This document shows positions 7,836 through 17,019 of a stretch of 54,955 nucleotides of DNA, piece by piece. The position numbers were made by a program, and so were the translations under genes. Position 1 is the stretch's first letter; each line of letters begins with the position of its first letter. A model generated the notes under the pieces. It worked only from the letters and a program-made list of their open reading frames with translations, ran no database searches and had not been told where the DNA came from. The DNA is taken from IMG/VR virus record IMGVR_UViG_3300021335_000021, positions 1 through 54,955 of that record. One strand, 5' to 3'. This DNA comes from a virus. Taxonomy: Duplodnaviria > Caudoviricetes.

Positions 7836-8302
7836 GATTTGTTACTTCGTAACAAATTGTTTTCGCTTACGCTCAAACTATAGCACTTCGTTTGTTGATA
7901 GAAGTAATAGATATGAATTAAAGCAATATTACGTAGTAATATTGTAATTGCTTCATGTAGATTGTTTCAGTCAGACGGAACCTACTAACTGGTTCCATCT
8001 AATCTTGGTCTTCATGTGAGTTCGTCACAGCCGAGATTCGGAAGTAGGTATTTTCACTGTTCAATGGGCTCTGACCTTTCCCAACCTACGTCGACGTCAC
8101 GTATTTCTACGCTATCCCCCGCTTCGTTCCTATTGCTAAGGGGTTTTTTTGAACATTGTGGTTCTTGGCTAACAGCATCTAGCCTATATTGATCGTTATG
8201 GTTCGTATGAATCAATATGTTTCGTGTGTGGTTCTCACGCCACCCTTTACACAGCGGAATTATCGATCTGGCCCGCTATCCTTATGTGCTGTATTGGCTT
8301 GC
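7836..8302 (-). ncRNA. Candidate structured non-coding RNA (unassigned family)
   Basis: The only long ORF-free stretch in the window. About 45% GC over 7961-8300 (hand count) versus AT-rich flanks, and at least 8 stem-loops. Stem 7971-7982/7991-8002 has two G-U pairs only on the minus strand. Strand is not certain. Confidence 0.55.
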
Positions 8303-8725
8303 CTATAATGTTTTTAAGTGTTCTTTTAGAATTTTTGAACCGCCTACACGTACATTAATGATACCGTTGTAGTAATCATCTGTTTCTAGTACTCTGCGTT
8401 CAAACTGTTCTCGTGCCTCTAAGTAACTTGCAATGCCTCTGCTTGGACAATAATGTAATATTTCTCTAGTAAACTTGTCTTCGCCTAGTTGTGTAACATC
8501 AGCCTGTAGTCTATCGCTGGATCCCCAGTAATCTCTCCAGTCTGATTCTTTTGTTCCACGTCTTTTATTTTTTTTGCCTTTTAGCGGTGGCTTCGTTGTT
8601 TTGAATTTTGCTAGTTTCTTGCCTACGTACTTCATGCCATTGACTTTATTTGTTATCAAGTAGACAAATGCTTCTACACCGTCAGGTATTTCTTCTACAT
8701 TTTCACCTTGATAAGTCCATTGCAT
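8303..8725 (-). CDS. Minimal GIY-YIG family (Seg-like) endonuclease
   Basis: AFVYLITNKVNGMKYVGKK (GIY...YIG equivalent), YWGSS, conserved E (YLEARE) and YYNG. Only 140 aa. Confidence 0.8.
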   Translation of the reverse strand: MQWTYQGENVEEIPDGVEAFVYLITNKVNGMKYVGKKLAKFKTTKPPLKGKKNKRRGTKESDWRDYWGSSDRLQADVTQLGEDKFTREILHYCPSRGIASYLEAREQFERRVLETDDYYNGIINVRVGGSKILKEHLKTL

Positions 8726-8730
8726 ATTGG

Positions 8731-8736
8731 TACTTA
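8731..8736 (-). promoter_or_regulatory. Late promoter variant TAAGTA, 5 nt before the GIY-YIG ATG
   Basis: GGTAAGTA-CCAAT-ATG has the same spacing as the TAAATA sites at 1315 and 20281. TATAAGTA also occurs at 45499. Confidence 0.45.
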
Positions 8737-8743
8737 CCGTTGC

Positions 8744-8944
8744 CTATGTATCTGGGGCCTCTTTCTTGGAATTATGCTTGTGATGTATTTCGTCCATACG
8801 CTGTTTAGCTAGGCTACGTATCTCTCGTAACCATTTTCTGCTTTCTCTATGTGTTCGTACAGAATTACGGGCCTCAAACTTCTCGTTTGCCTTAAAGTAT
8901 GCCATATATGCCTTGGTCAATTTATCGTGTGTATCGTCATTCAT
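8744..8944 (-). CDS. Small basic helical protein (possibly Hc1/histone-like DNA-binding)
   Basis: 66 aa, RESRKWLREIRSLAKQR. Start overlaps the end of gp46. Confidence 0.55.
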   Translation of the reverse strand: MNDDTHDKLTKAYMAYFKANEKFEARNSVRTHRESRKWLREIRSLAKQRMDEIHHKHNSKKEAPDT

Positions 8945-10712
8945 TGTGTATTTCTACATCGTTCTCATATGAGGTAAAGCCATTTTCCTTTATTACTTTG
9001 AGAACGTGTGTTACTCTTCCTACTAGTTCATCTTTATGGGATATGAGATATACATTTTTCTGTCTTTCTCTACCCATTTTCTTTAGAATAGCCAAACTGT
9101 TTTCAACTCCGCTAGTATCCATACCTGAATCAATCAACTCATCAATAAACAATAGATTGATATTTTGATATAAACTTTCCCAAACATCACGGAATGCAAA
9201 GCTCATACCAAGTATAAGTCTGTTACGCTCACCTCTTGACAAATTGTCAAAATCTAAATCTTGTCCTAATTGTGTAATTTCAACTGACAAGTCGTTTTGG
9301 AATACAACACTATGTGGTAATCCAAGTTTATCAAGATAGTTAGTAAGCCTATTGTTTAGATATGCTAAATTCTGATCAATAATCTTTTTACGAATAAAAC
9401 TGTCTTTGTTTGTAAGCAGTTTTAACATAAAGTCCTGATGGTCTTTTAAACTTGTTAAGTTGTTTACTGTATCCCAGTTAATTTCTTGAATAGCAGTTGT
9501 GTTTAATTCATCAATCTGTTCTTGATAAGGATCAACTTCTGTCTTTGCACGACTTAATGCTTCTTGTAGTTGTGATACATTTTGTTTATGATCGTATACT
9601 TCTTTAAGAGTTTCATAGAACGTTGTAGGCTTGCCGTTGATATCCCCAATGTCACTAAGTGACGTTGTTACATCTAAAACTTTATCCCCTACTTCTTTTT
9701 GATATGCTATAGCATCTTCAAGTTCTTTTTTCTTTTTAACTGCAAGTTCTTGTTTTTTCTCGTCATGTAGCTCTTGTCCACAAGTATGACATGTTCCTTG
9801 ATCTAAGTTTTCTGCGTCTTTTTTTGCTTTTTCTACAGAATTGTCTGCACGTACTAGTGCTGGCTCTAGTGTGCTTAATTCTTTTTTAAGAGCCGAAATA
9901 GCATTATTTTTTTCTTCCCAACTAGACAGTTGTTCGTGTTTGTCTAATTCATTTTCTACATCTAAGTGTTCTAACTCGTCAATTGATCGTTCTAGTTTAG
10001 CAATGTCTTCTTTTTGTTTTGTATTCCATACACTTTGTTTTGTTTGCAAACTACGTACAGTTTCACCAATACGTGAATTACTAGATTCGATAGCATTTAT
10101 ACGAGCAGTTTCGTCTGTAATTGCTTCTCGTGTTTGCCTTACTTTATCTTTTAGTACTTCTGCTTTTTCAGAAAGTATTGTAATACCAAGTAACTGCTCA
10201 ATAATATCCTTTTGATCGTTTACACGCATACTTAAGAACGGTTCTGTGTATGTGTTTAGTGCAACAATATGCTTAAACATATTGTGTGACATACCTAATA
10301 GACTTATAATGTCTTCTTGTGTTTTACGTGAATCGCCTTGCGACTCATCTGTCATTTCTTGTTCTTGTCCATCTACATAAAACTTTAATACATTAGGACC
10401 ACGTCCTCTTTCAATCTTATAATCTCGTCCATCTTTTTCAAAAGAGAGCGTAACTAACATACCTTTGTTGTTAGTTTTATTAATTAAGTTATTACGCTTA
10501 ATATTTGTTAAAGCAAGCCCGTAAAGGGCATAACTTAGTGCATTTATAATAGTAGTCTTACCTGTACCATTACGTGATCCACTGTCGTCACCACCTTGGT
10601 CAAGGTTTTCTCCTAACACAAGTGTTAATTGTTGCTTATCAAAATCAACTGCTTGGGTTTGATTACCCACACTCATGAAGTTCTTAACGGTTAAACTTTT
10701 TATCTTAATCAT
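8937..10712 (-). CDS. gp46: Recombination endonuclease ATPase subunit (gp46/SbcC/Rad50)
   Basis: Walker A GSRNGTGKTT, coiled coil, CHTC zinc hook, LSRGE signature, Walker B LLFIDE and ISHK. Confidence 0.95.
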   Translation of the reverse strand: MIKIKSLTVKNFMSVGNQTQAVDFDKQQLTLVLGENLDQGGDDSGSRNGTGKTTIINALSYALYGLALTNIKRNNLINKTNNKGMLVTLSFEKDGRDYKIERGRGPNVLKFYVDGQEQEMTDESQGDSRKTQEDIISLLGMSHNMFKHIVALNTYTEPFLSMRVNDQKDIIEQLLGITILSEKAEVLKDKVRQTREAITDETARINAIESSNSRIGETVRSLQTKQSVWNTKQKEDIAKLERSIDELEHLDVENELDKHEQLSSWEEKNNAISALKKELSTLEPALVRADNSVEKAKKDAENLDQGTCHTCGQELHDEKKQELAVKKKKELEDAIAYQKEVGDKVLDVTTSLSDIGDINGKPTTFYETLKEVYDHKQNVSQLQEALSRAKTEVDPYQEQIDELNTTAIQEINWDTVNNLTSLKDHQDFMLKLLTNKDSFIRKKIIDQNLAYLNNRLTNYLDKLGLPHSVVFQNDLSVEITQLGQDLDFDNLSRGERNRLILGMSFAFRDVWESLYQNINLLFIDELIDSGMDTSGVENSLAILKKMGRERQKNVYLISHKDELVGRVTHVLKVIKENGFTSYENDVEIHNE

Positions 10713-11719
10713 AGTTCGTCATATATTCCTAATAGTAACTTCTTGTCGTAGTTTTGTGTATCCAATGCAGTAATTTCTTTAGTAACAATTTCATCTACAC
10801 TTTCAAATGTACTAATATCGATGTCTGTGTGTATTTCTTCGTCTTGCTGACTAGGAATTAGTGTAATTTCTCTGCAATCATATTCATTGATAAATGTTTC
10901 TTTAATAAAACTTGCTTCTTCATAACTAATTGGAAGATCAAGAGTTACTCTAAGATACATTTTGTTTTTAAGTAGTTTGTCTTTTTCGTCTAGTAATTGA
11001 CTCAGTTTAACTGTTCGATACTTAGGACAGTCTAACCAATCAATATATTGTGGTTCTTTGTTATTTTCTTTATCAAGTATCATCATTCCACGTTTATCAT
11101 CCCATGCATCTGCATAGTTGTGTGGAAAAGCATTACCCATATAGTGTACTGCACCTTGTACTTGACGTTTGTGGAAATGTCCACTAAACACATAATCTTG
11201 ATGTTTGAAATGTTCAGCTTTTAGTTCACCGTGATCAGGCATTTGCACCATTGCGTTCATATAGAAACTAGGCAGTTCAAAGTGACCAAACATATATTTT
11301 GTTTTTATGCTACTAATCTTCTTCCATTCTTCACCGACAAGCCAAGGAACTAATGCAACATCATCTTCAACTAATATTTCGTCTACATATGTAATACCTG
11401 GAATATGTTTACCAAACTCTACACTGTAAACATCGCGTTTGTCTTTGTAGTACAAATCGTGATTACCTGCAAAGAAGTAAAACTTATCAAATGCCGCACC
11501 TAACTTTTCTAGACAACGTGTAGTTGCATCTAGTGTTTGTACATTAATTGTATTTCTATTGTGATGCCAGTCACCACAAAAGATACCGGTTTCACAACCG
11601 TTAGCTTTTGCTTGTTCAATAAACCAATCTACAAAGTCTTCACAATCTTGTAGGTGTAGTCTACTATTCGACTTCAGTCCTAGGTGAATATCTGTAAACA
11701 CCGCCGCTTTTTTAAACAT
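10709..11719 (-). CDS. gp47: Recombination endonuclease nuclease subunit (gp47/SbcD/Mre11)
   Basis: Metallophosphoesterase motifs DIH, GDWHH, GNHD and GHFH; ATGA overlap with gp46. Confidence 0.95.
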   Translation of the reverse strand: MFKKAAVFTDIHLGLKSNSRLHLQDCEDFVDWFIEQAKANGCETGIFCGDWHHNRNTINVQTLDATTRCLEKLGAAFDKFYFFAGNHDLYYKDKRDVYSVEFGKHIPGITYVDEILVEDDVALVPWLVGEEWKKISSIKTKYMFGHFELPSFYMNAMVQMPDHGELKAEHFKHQDYVFSGHFHKRQVQGAVHYMGNAFPHNYADAWDDKRGMMILDKENNKEPQYIDWLDCPKYRTVKLSQLLDEKDKLLKNKMYLRVTLDLPISYEEASFIKETFINEYDCREITLIPSQQDEEIHTDIDISTFESVDEIVTKEITALDTQNYDKKLLLGIYDEL

Positions 11720-11738
11720 TCGTACTCCTGTTTTGTAT

Positions 11739-11767
11739 ATTATACTTTATATTTTGATGTAAGTCAA
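11739..11767 (-). promoter_or_regulatory. Sigma70-type promoter for gp47-gp46
   Basis: TTGACT (11767-11762), 17-nt spacer, TATAAT (11744-11739), then an AGGAG SD. Confidence 0.85.
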
Positions 11768-12612
11768 GTGTTTTTGGACGGATTTGGTACAGGTGCTTTA
11801 GCGTCTTGTGTTTTAACACGATCCCATTCGCCTTGTGCTTGTCTAGTATAACTAGGATTCATATTATTCATTTCTAAAATATCATCTCTAATATTTTGAT
11901 TGCGTTTTTCAATATTAATAACTCTTACAAATGAATTTGTTACTGCCGCAGTATAATAAGCAAACGGATTGTTTGATTTTGATTCATCAAACTGTAGTCC
12001 AATTTGTGCTAACTGTAATATTGCTTGTCCACGCATTTCGTCATTGTATGTGTATCCACGAACATTACCTCTTGTTGCATATCTATCACATAACTTCATC
12101 CACATCAAAGCAAGTTTGTTAGTTGCTTTACCATGTGCTTTATTAAAGCAACCATTTTCCATTCCACCTTCCCAGTGACTTTTGCCTACACAAAGTAATG
12201 CATCTTTTTCATCAAATTTGTAATGTTGAAACGGAGGAAAGTTTAACTTAACTTTATAGTCTGCAGGTGTTTTAGGATTCTTTTTTCGACCAGGTTCTTC
12301 TGGAATATGATCAAATGTCATAATTCTAAATACTAATTCATCTTTTTGTATCTTTCGATAGTCAATTTCGAATTCAGCAAGTTTTACTCTTTTGCCTGCT
12401 AATTTTGCGGCTTCAAAGGCTTGTTGCTGTAAGCGTTTTGCTTTATTGCGTTTTGCTTCAGCTATTGTTCTAATATTAATTTTACCAATTTCTGGTAGGA
12501 TTATATCATATTGGCCATACTCAGGATCAACATAACTACAGAATGTAGTCTTTGATTTGTGTATTTCCTTTAAAATATCCTTGTTGTTTAGATAATTTAC
12601 ACGTTTATTCAT
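11764..12612 (-). CDS. gp55: Late transcription sigma factor (gp55-like)
   Basis: NYLNNKD N-terminus; GYTYNDEM...FDESKSNNPFAYYT...F.R.I..EK matches the gp55 family. TATAAATA-type promoters are present in the window. Confidence 0.88.
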   Translation of the reverse strand: MNKRVNYLNNKDILKEIHKSKTTFCSYVDPEYGQYDIILPEIGKINIRTIAEAKRNKAKRLQQQAFEAAKLAGKRVKLAEFEIDYRKIQKDELVFRIMTFDHIPEEPGRKKNPKTPADYKVKLNFPPFQHYKFDEKDALLCVGKSHWEGGMENGCFNKAHGKATNKLALMWMKLCDRYATRGNVRGYTYNDEMRGQAILQLAQIGLQFDESKSNNPFAYYTAAVTNSFVRVINIEKRNQNIRDDILEMNNMNPSYTRQAQGEWDRVKTQDAKAPVPNPSKNT

Positions 12613-12634
12613 ATTTTCTCCGATTGTTTGTTAT

Positions 12635-12663
12635 ATTATAAACTACTCTGTTAATAAAGTCAA
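12635..12663 (-). promoter_or_regulatory. Sigma70-type promoter for gp55
   Basis: TTGACT (12663-12658), 17-nt spacer, TATAAT (12640-12635). Confidence 0.85.
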
Positions 12664-12664
12664 C

Positions 12665-12670
12665 TAAATA
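12665..12670 (+). promoter_or_regulatory. Late promoter for the baseplate operon
   Basis: CTAAATA followed by the AGGAG SD and ATG 12694. Confidence 0.65.
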
Positions 12671-12693
12671 ATGCATATAGGAGACAATTAATT

Positions 12694-13614
12694 ATGACCA
12701 CATATTTTAAAGACGGAATCGTATCTAAAGGTGGTGTTAACATGGGAACTAAGGTTCCTCCAAAAGGATTTAACGCACCAGGACAAAATGCTAGTAGTGG
12801 TAATGCACCAGAATTTGTTTCAGATATGGTTAAAGGTGCTAAAGACATCGGCCAAGATATATTTGATGGTATTTCAGGAGGCGCAGAAGATCTTGTAAGT
12901 GGATTACGTGGTAAGAATTTACCAAATAAAAATAAGAATAATTTCGAAGCAAAAGCCCCAGCATCATTCGCAGTAGAAGTCGAAGACAAAGACTGGCGTG
13001 TTAAACTGTCAGTGCCAAAATCATTAGACCAAAACGTATCAGGCTTGCTTAGTCCGTTGTTTTCAAAATATGAAGGACATATGGTTTTTCCGTATACTCC
13101 GTCAATCATCGTAAGCCATTCAGCCGCATATAATACAGTTTCCCCTATACATAATAATTATCCGTTCTTTGCATATCAGAACTCACAAGTGGACGCATTG
13201 ACTATAGTAGGACAATTTTATTGTCAAGATAGTTTAGATGCACAGTACTGGACAGCATGTTTACATTACCTAAGAGCTATGACCAAAATGGACTATGGTA
13301 CGGATGGAACAGGTGCACCACCACCTATTGCAAAATTAAATGGTTATGGAGATTACGTTTTTAATAATGTTCCGGTAATTATTCAAAACTTTACAGTTGA
13401 TATGCCTAACGAAGTTGATTATATTGCTTGCAAATTTTCTCCGGGTGCGATTAATCCTATGGATTTCGGCGGCGGCCCTGTTAAGTTTGGTTGGGCACCT
13501 TCAGAATCACAGTTTAGTATTACAGTACAACCAATTTACAGTAGAGATAAACAAACCAACTTTAGTTATAGAAACTTTGTTAATGGAAGTGATTTAGGAA
13601 AAGGATATATTTAA
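12694..13614 (+). CDS. Tail tube initiator/baseplate-tube junction protein (gp48/gp54-like)
   Basis: FPYTP...GAPPP..L.GYG.YVFNNVPV.I.NFTVD pattern of contractile-tail tube-cap proteins; sits before gp53. Confidence 0.6.
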   Translation: MTTYFKDGIVSKGGVNMGTKVPPKGFNAPGQNASSGNAPEFVSDMVKGAKDIGQDIFDGISGGAEDLVSGLRGKNLPNKNKNNFEAKAPASFAVEVEDKDWRVKLSVPKSLDQNVSGLLSPLFSKYEGHMVFPYTPSIIVSHSAAYNTVSPIHNNYPFFAYQNSQVDALTIVGQFYCQDSLDAQYWTACLHYLRAMTKMDYGTDGTGAPPPIAKLNGYGDYVFNNVPVIIQNFTVDMPNEVDYIACKFSPGAINPMDFGGGPVKFGWAPSESQFSITVQPIYSRDKQTNFSYRNFVNGSDLGKGYI

Positions 13615-13904
13615 TGAGTTCAAGCCCATACGGAAAAACATCAATTGGCAATTCAGGAACCTTAGACGTTTTAACTATCAGACCAGTGCCAGCATACGCT
13701 GATGATCCGCTATATACTGTTGAGCCTCAGTATCTACACAGACCAGATTTACTTGCGTATGATATGTATGGCGATAACAGGCTTTGGTGGATATTTACTC
13801 AAAGGAATTTAGACGTACTTGAAGATCCTATTTACGATTTAGTTCCAGGAATACAAATTTTCTTACCAAGTCCAGAGCGTGTTCTAGAAACACTAGGAGA
13901 GTAA
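13614..13904 (+). CDS. gp53: Baseplate wedge LysM-like protein (gp53-like)
   Basis: RPDLLAYDMYGDNRLWWIF motif. Confidence 0.8.
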   Translation: MSSSPYGKTSIGNSGTLDVLTIRPVPAYADDPLYTVEPQYLHRPDLLAYDMYGDNRLWWIFTQRNLDVLEDPIYDLVPGIQIFLPSPERVLETLGE

Positions 13905-13905
13905 C

Positions 13906-16900
13906 TTGCCAAGAGATCCATACGGTGAATCAGACGTAGCTAGAAAGTTTAATCAGAAAAAACCTAAACCTCAAGAAGGCGATCCTAAAGTAGCCGCGGC
14001 CTATATGCGTAAATTTGGTATGGGCAATCTTGCTGATTTTTACGAAGAGCAAGGAGGTCAAGCAGAAAAGGGGCAAGTTCCATCTATGTTCGGCGGCATG
14101 ATGGATAACAAAGGCAACCTTACAGGAATCAAACCTCCTGCAGGATTTGGCAATTTAGGCTCAATGATGAACAATATAGCTATTCAATCAGCAGAAGGTA
14201 AAGCCCAAGTACAAAAGCAATCAAAACCTAAAAACAATGCAACTGTTGGAAACGCTACTAACCCATATGAATATCCTCAAGCACAAAACTATGGGTCACG
14301 AACTGGCCCGGCCGGCGGACCTACTGCACAAGATTTTATTAATGCCGCACCTGAAGCAATGAGGGTTGATCCTGATGAACAACCAGATAACAGTGCTTTA
14401 CCTCTAGCAAATGAATTAGAACTATTCGCAACTTACAGTAATATTTTTAGCTTCGGTTGTTTGTCACCTGATGAAGTAAATTATCCTGATGACACTTATA
14501 TAAAAAATGGATTAAAAGACGGACAATTAGTTTTTAGATCAGGAAAAGGACTTACAGCTCCTAGGAAGCCAAGAACAGCCGCTGAAGTAAGATACAATAT
14601 TGATACACAATATTTTATTAATAATGTAGAAATTGATACATGGATTGCTCCTAACAAAAAAAGTAGACAAACTAATTTCCATCAAATTAAATTCGAAGTT
14701 AGAGAACCATATAGTATGGGAATGTTATTACAAACAATGCAACTTGCCGCGGACAATGGCGGGTATAAAAATTATTTAGAAGCACCCTGGCTTTTAGAGA
14801 TGATGTTTATTGGTTGGAAGGATATAGAAAAATCAAACCCTTCAGCACCAATTACAAGAAGATTATTACCGCTAAAAATTGTAACTGTAGAATTTAATGT
14901 AGATGCTGAAGGAGCAGTTTACCAGTTCTTATGTAGTGCATTTAATGATGAAGCGTTTGCTGATAATGCTCAAAGCATACCAACTGACATTCAGGTTTCT
15001 GGTAGAACACTAGAAGAAATTTGTCAATCAGGCATTAATAGTATAGCAACTCATGTCAATACTCATAAGATTAAATCACAACTTAAAGACGACAAAGGTA
15101 AAACTATTAGTCTTAAAGAGGCTGGGAAAATTGAAGTAGATGAATACATTATTGCATTCCCCTCAAAAAGAGCAAGCAAAGATCAAGCCGCACTTTATAG
15201 AAGTAATAAAGAAGGAAGAGATACAGCAACTACAGGCGAATTACAATACAAAACATTTTCAGACAAAGAAACATTAGAGATTGTTGAATCAGGCGATGTA
15301 TCATTATCAACTCTATTTAATGATGCAAAAAGAGAGTATGCAACGGAATTTGCTCGAAGAAAACTAATTGAAGGTCGATTAGGATTTAGTGTTAAGCGAG
15401 GAAATTTAAGTGAGTCTATCAAAACAGTTATTACTGACAAAAGTATGGGTATTAATCCGATTGGATTATCTGATATAGCACCTGAAGAACCTACAGGAGC
15501 AGGGCACCCTGATTTTGGAAAGCCGACCTTTAGTTATGATACAAAATCTGAGACTTTTAAACGAGGCGCTATAGCAATTGATCCTGCTAAACGTACAGTA
15601 CAGTTTAGAGCAGGAACAAAGATACAACGTATACTAGAAGAATTAGTTTTAATAAGTAGCTACGGTCAAAGACTATTAAAAGCTGAACAAGACCAGAACG
15701 GAATGATCGATTGGTTTAAAATTGAATCTCAAATGTATCTTATTCATGACTCAAAAGCAGAAGCTAAAAATGGTAGAATGCCAAGAATATATGTCTACAA
15801 TGTAGTCCCTTACAAAGCTCATATTAGTGCCTTTCAAAAACCAAATGCTCCACCGCCAGGCTACGACAAGTTAGTTAAGCAAGCCGCAAAAGCATACAAC
15901 TACATGTACACAGGACAAAATAAAGATATCTTAGATTTTGAAATTAAATTAGACAACACATTTTTCTCAGCAATAAACAAATTGGGAAAGAAAGAAAATG
16001 ACGACACTGCAAGTAAAGGAACTGATACACCGCCAAGTAAGGTAGATGAGTCAAGCGGAGCTGATGGCATCCCTGGTAATGATGGCGGAAGAAAATCACA
16101 ACAAGAAGTAGCTCAGAACACTACTCCTTTGTCTGCAGGTGCAGTAGCTGAATCAGCTGAGATACAAGTAGCTAGAGCATTTAATGAAGCTATAGTTAAT
16201 AGCGAAGCTGATTTAATTACTCTAAATATGAGAATATTAGGAGATCCTTACTATATTGCAGATAGTGGAATGGGAAACTTTAATTCGCATAGTACAGAGT
16301 ATATTAATGTCAATGCTAACGGCAGTATAGATCATCAAAGTGGACAAGTAGATGTTATAATAAACTTTGAAACACCTATTGATATTGATCCTGAAAGAGG
16401 AGACTATAAAATGCAAGCAATGCCGCTCAGTAAAGTTAATAATTTTAGCGGATTGTATCAAGTTATTACTGTTGCTAATAGAATAGAAAATAATACGTTT
16501 ACCCAAGAGCTTAGTATGGTTAAGCGTCCTAACTTTGAGAAGAAAAATGTAGCTGAAAAAACTAAAGAAAAAGCCTTTGAATATTCTGAAGTACAACAAA
16601 AACAACTAGATACAATAATTGCAGTAAAAGGTAAAGAGTCAGAAGAATATATTGTTCAAAAATTAATCATACAAGGTAAACTAGACAATATATCGATTGC
16701 TCAAAAGGGCATTAACTGGGGTAAAGTTAGTGATATACAAAAGAGTATCGCAAAGATATTATCCGCGGATCAAACAGCACGAGAAAAAGCAAATGCACAG
16801 AATAAAGCAAGTGATGACAGACTTATAGCCTTAGCAAAATCAAGATCAGCGGCAAACCCAACAGGCAATCCAGTAGCAGTGCCACCAGGACAGCAAACAC

Positions 16901-17019
16901 GTGGGTCAGATAGTGCGTTTGCAAATGATGCACAAGCTACTGATCCTGTGGTAACAACTGGAACTGGGCAAGGTTATATAGATAAAAATGGCCTTTGGGT
17001 TCCTTATGGGATAGATTAA
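13906..17019 (+). CDS. Baseplate hub protein (gp27-like, enlarged)
   Basis: TTG start with AGGAG SD. ILGDPY and FSGLYQVITVAN...FTQEL motifs of hub proteins; lies between gp53 and gp5. Confidence 0.6.
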   Translation: MPRDPYGESDVARKFNQKKPKPQEGDPKVAAAYMRKFGMGNLADFYEEQGGQAEKGQVPSMFGGMMDNKGNLTGIKPPAGFGNLGSMMNNIAIQSAEGKAQVQKQSKPKNNATVGNATNPYEYPQAQNYGSRTGPAGGPTAQDFINAAPEAMRVDPDEQPDNSALPLANELELFATYSNIFSFGCLSPDEVNYPDDTYIKNGLKDGQLVFRSGKGLTAPRKPRTAAEVRYNIDTQYFINNVEIDTWIAPNKKSRQTNFHQIKFEVREPYSMGMLLQTMQLAADNGGYKNYLEAPWLLEMMFIGWKDIEKSNPSAPITRRLLPLKIVTVEFNVDAEGAVYQFLCSAFNDEAFADNAQSIPTDIQVSGRTLEEICQSGINSIATHVNTHKIKSQLKDDKGKTISLKEAGKIEVDEYIIAFPSKRASKDQAALYRSNKEGRDTATTGELQYKTFSDKETLEIVESGDVSLSTLFNDAKREYATEFARRKLIEGRLGFSVKRGNLSESIKTVITDKSMGINPIGLSDIAPEEPTGAGHPDFGKPTFSYDTKSETFKRGAIAIDPAKRTVQFRAGTKIQRILEELVLISSYGQRLLKAEQDQNGMIDWFKIESQMYLIHDSKAEAKNGRMPRIYVYNVVPYKAHISAFQKPNAPPPGYDKLVKQAAKAYNYMYTGQNKDILDFEIKLDNTFFSAINKLGKKENDDTASKGTDTPPSKVDESSGADGIPGNDGGRKSQQEVAQNTTPLSAGAVAESAEIQVARAFNEAIVNSEADLITLNMRILGDPYYIADSGMGNFNSHSTEYINVNANGSIDHQSGQVDVIINFETPIDIDPERGDYKMQAMPLSKVNNFSGLYQVITVANRIENNTFTQELSMVKRPNFEKKNVAEKTKEKAFEYSEVQQKQLDTIIAVKGKESEEYIVQKLIIQGKLDNISIAQKGINWGKVSDIQKSIAKILSADQTAREKANAQNKASDDRLIALAKSRSAANPTGNPVAVPPGQQTRGSDSAFANDAQATDPVVTTGTGQGYIDKNGLWVPYGID

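Noticed and set aside
8116-8150. Simple plus-strand intrinsic terminator (CCCC...GGGG followed by T7)
   Set aside because: The stem is short with a 19-nt loop and lies far from any plus-strand gene end, so it was treated as part of the larger structured element.
7836-8302. Group I intron, RNase P RNA, tmRNA or hammerhead identity for the non-coding element
   Set aside because: Minus-strand GGGAAAGGUCAGAGCCC and CUGACUGAAAC only loosely resemble these cores. I found no P7 pairing, interrupted exons, tRNA-like ends or complete hammerhead core. A covariance search is needed to exclude them formally.
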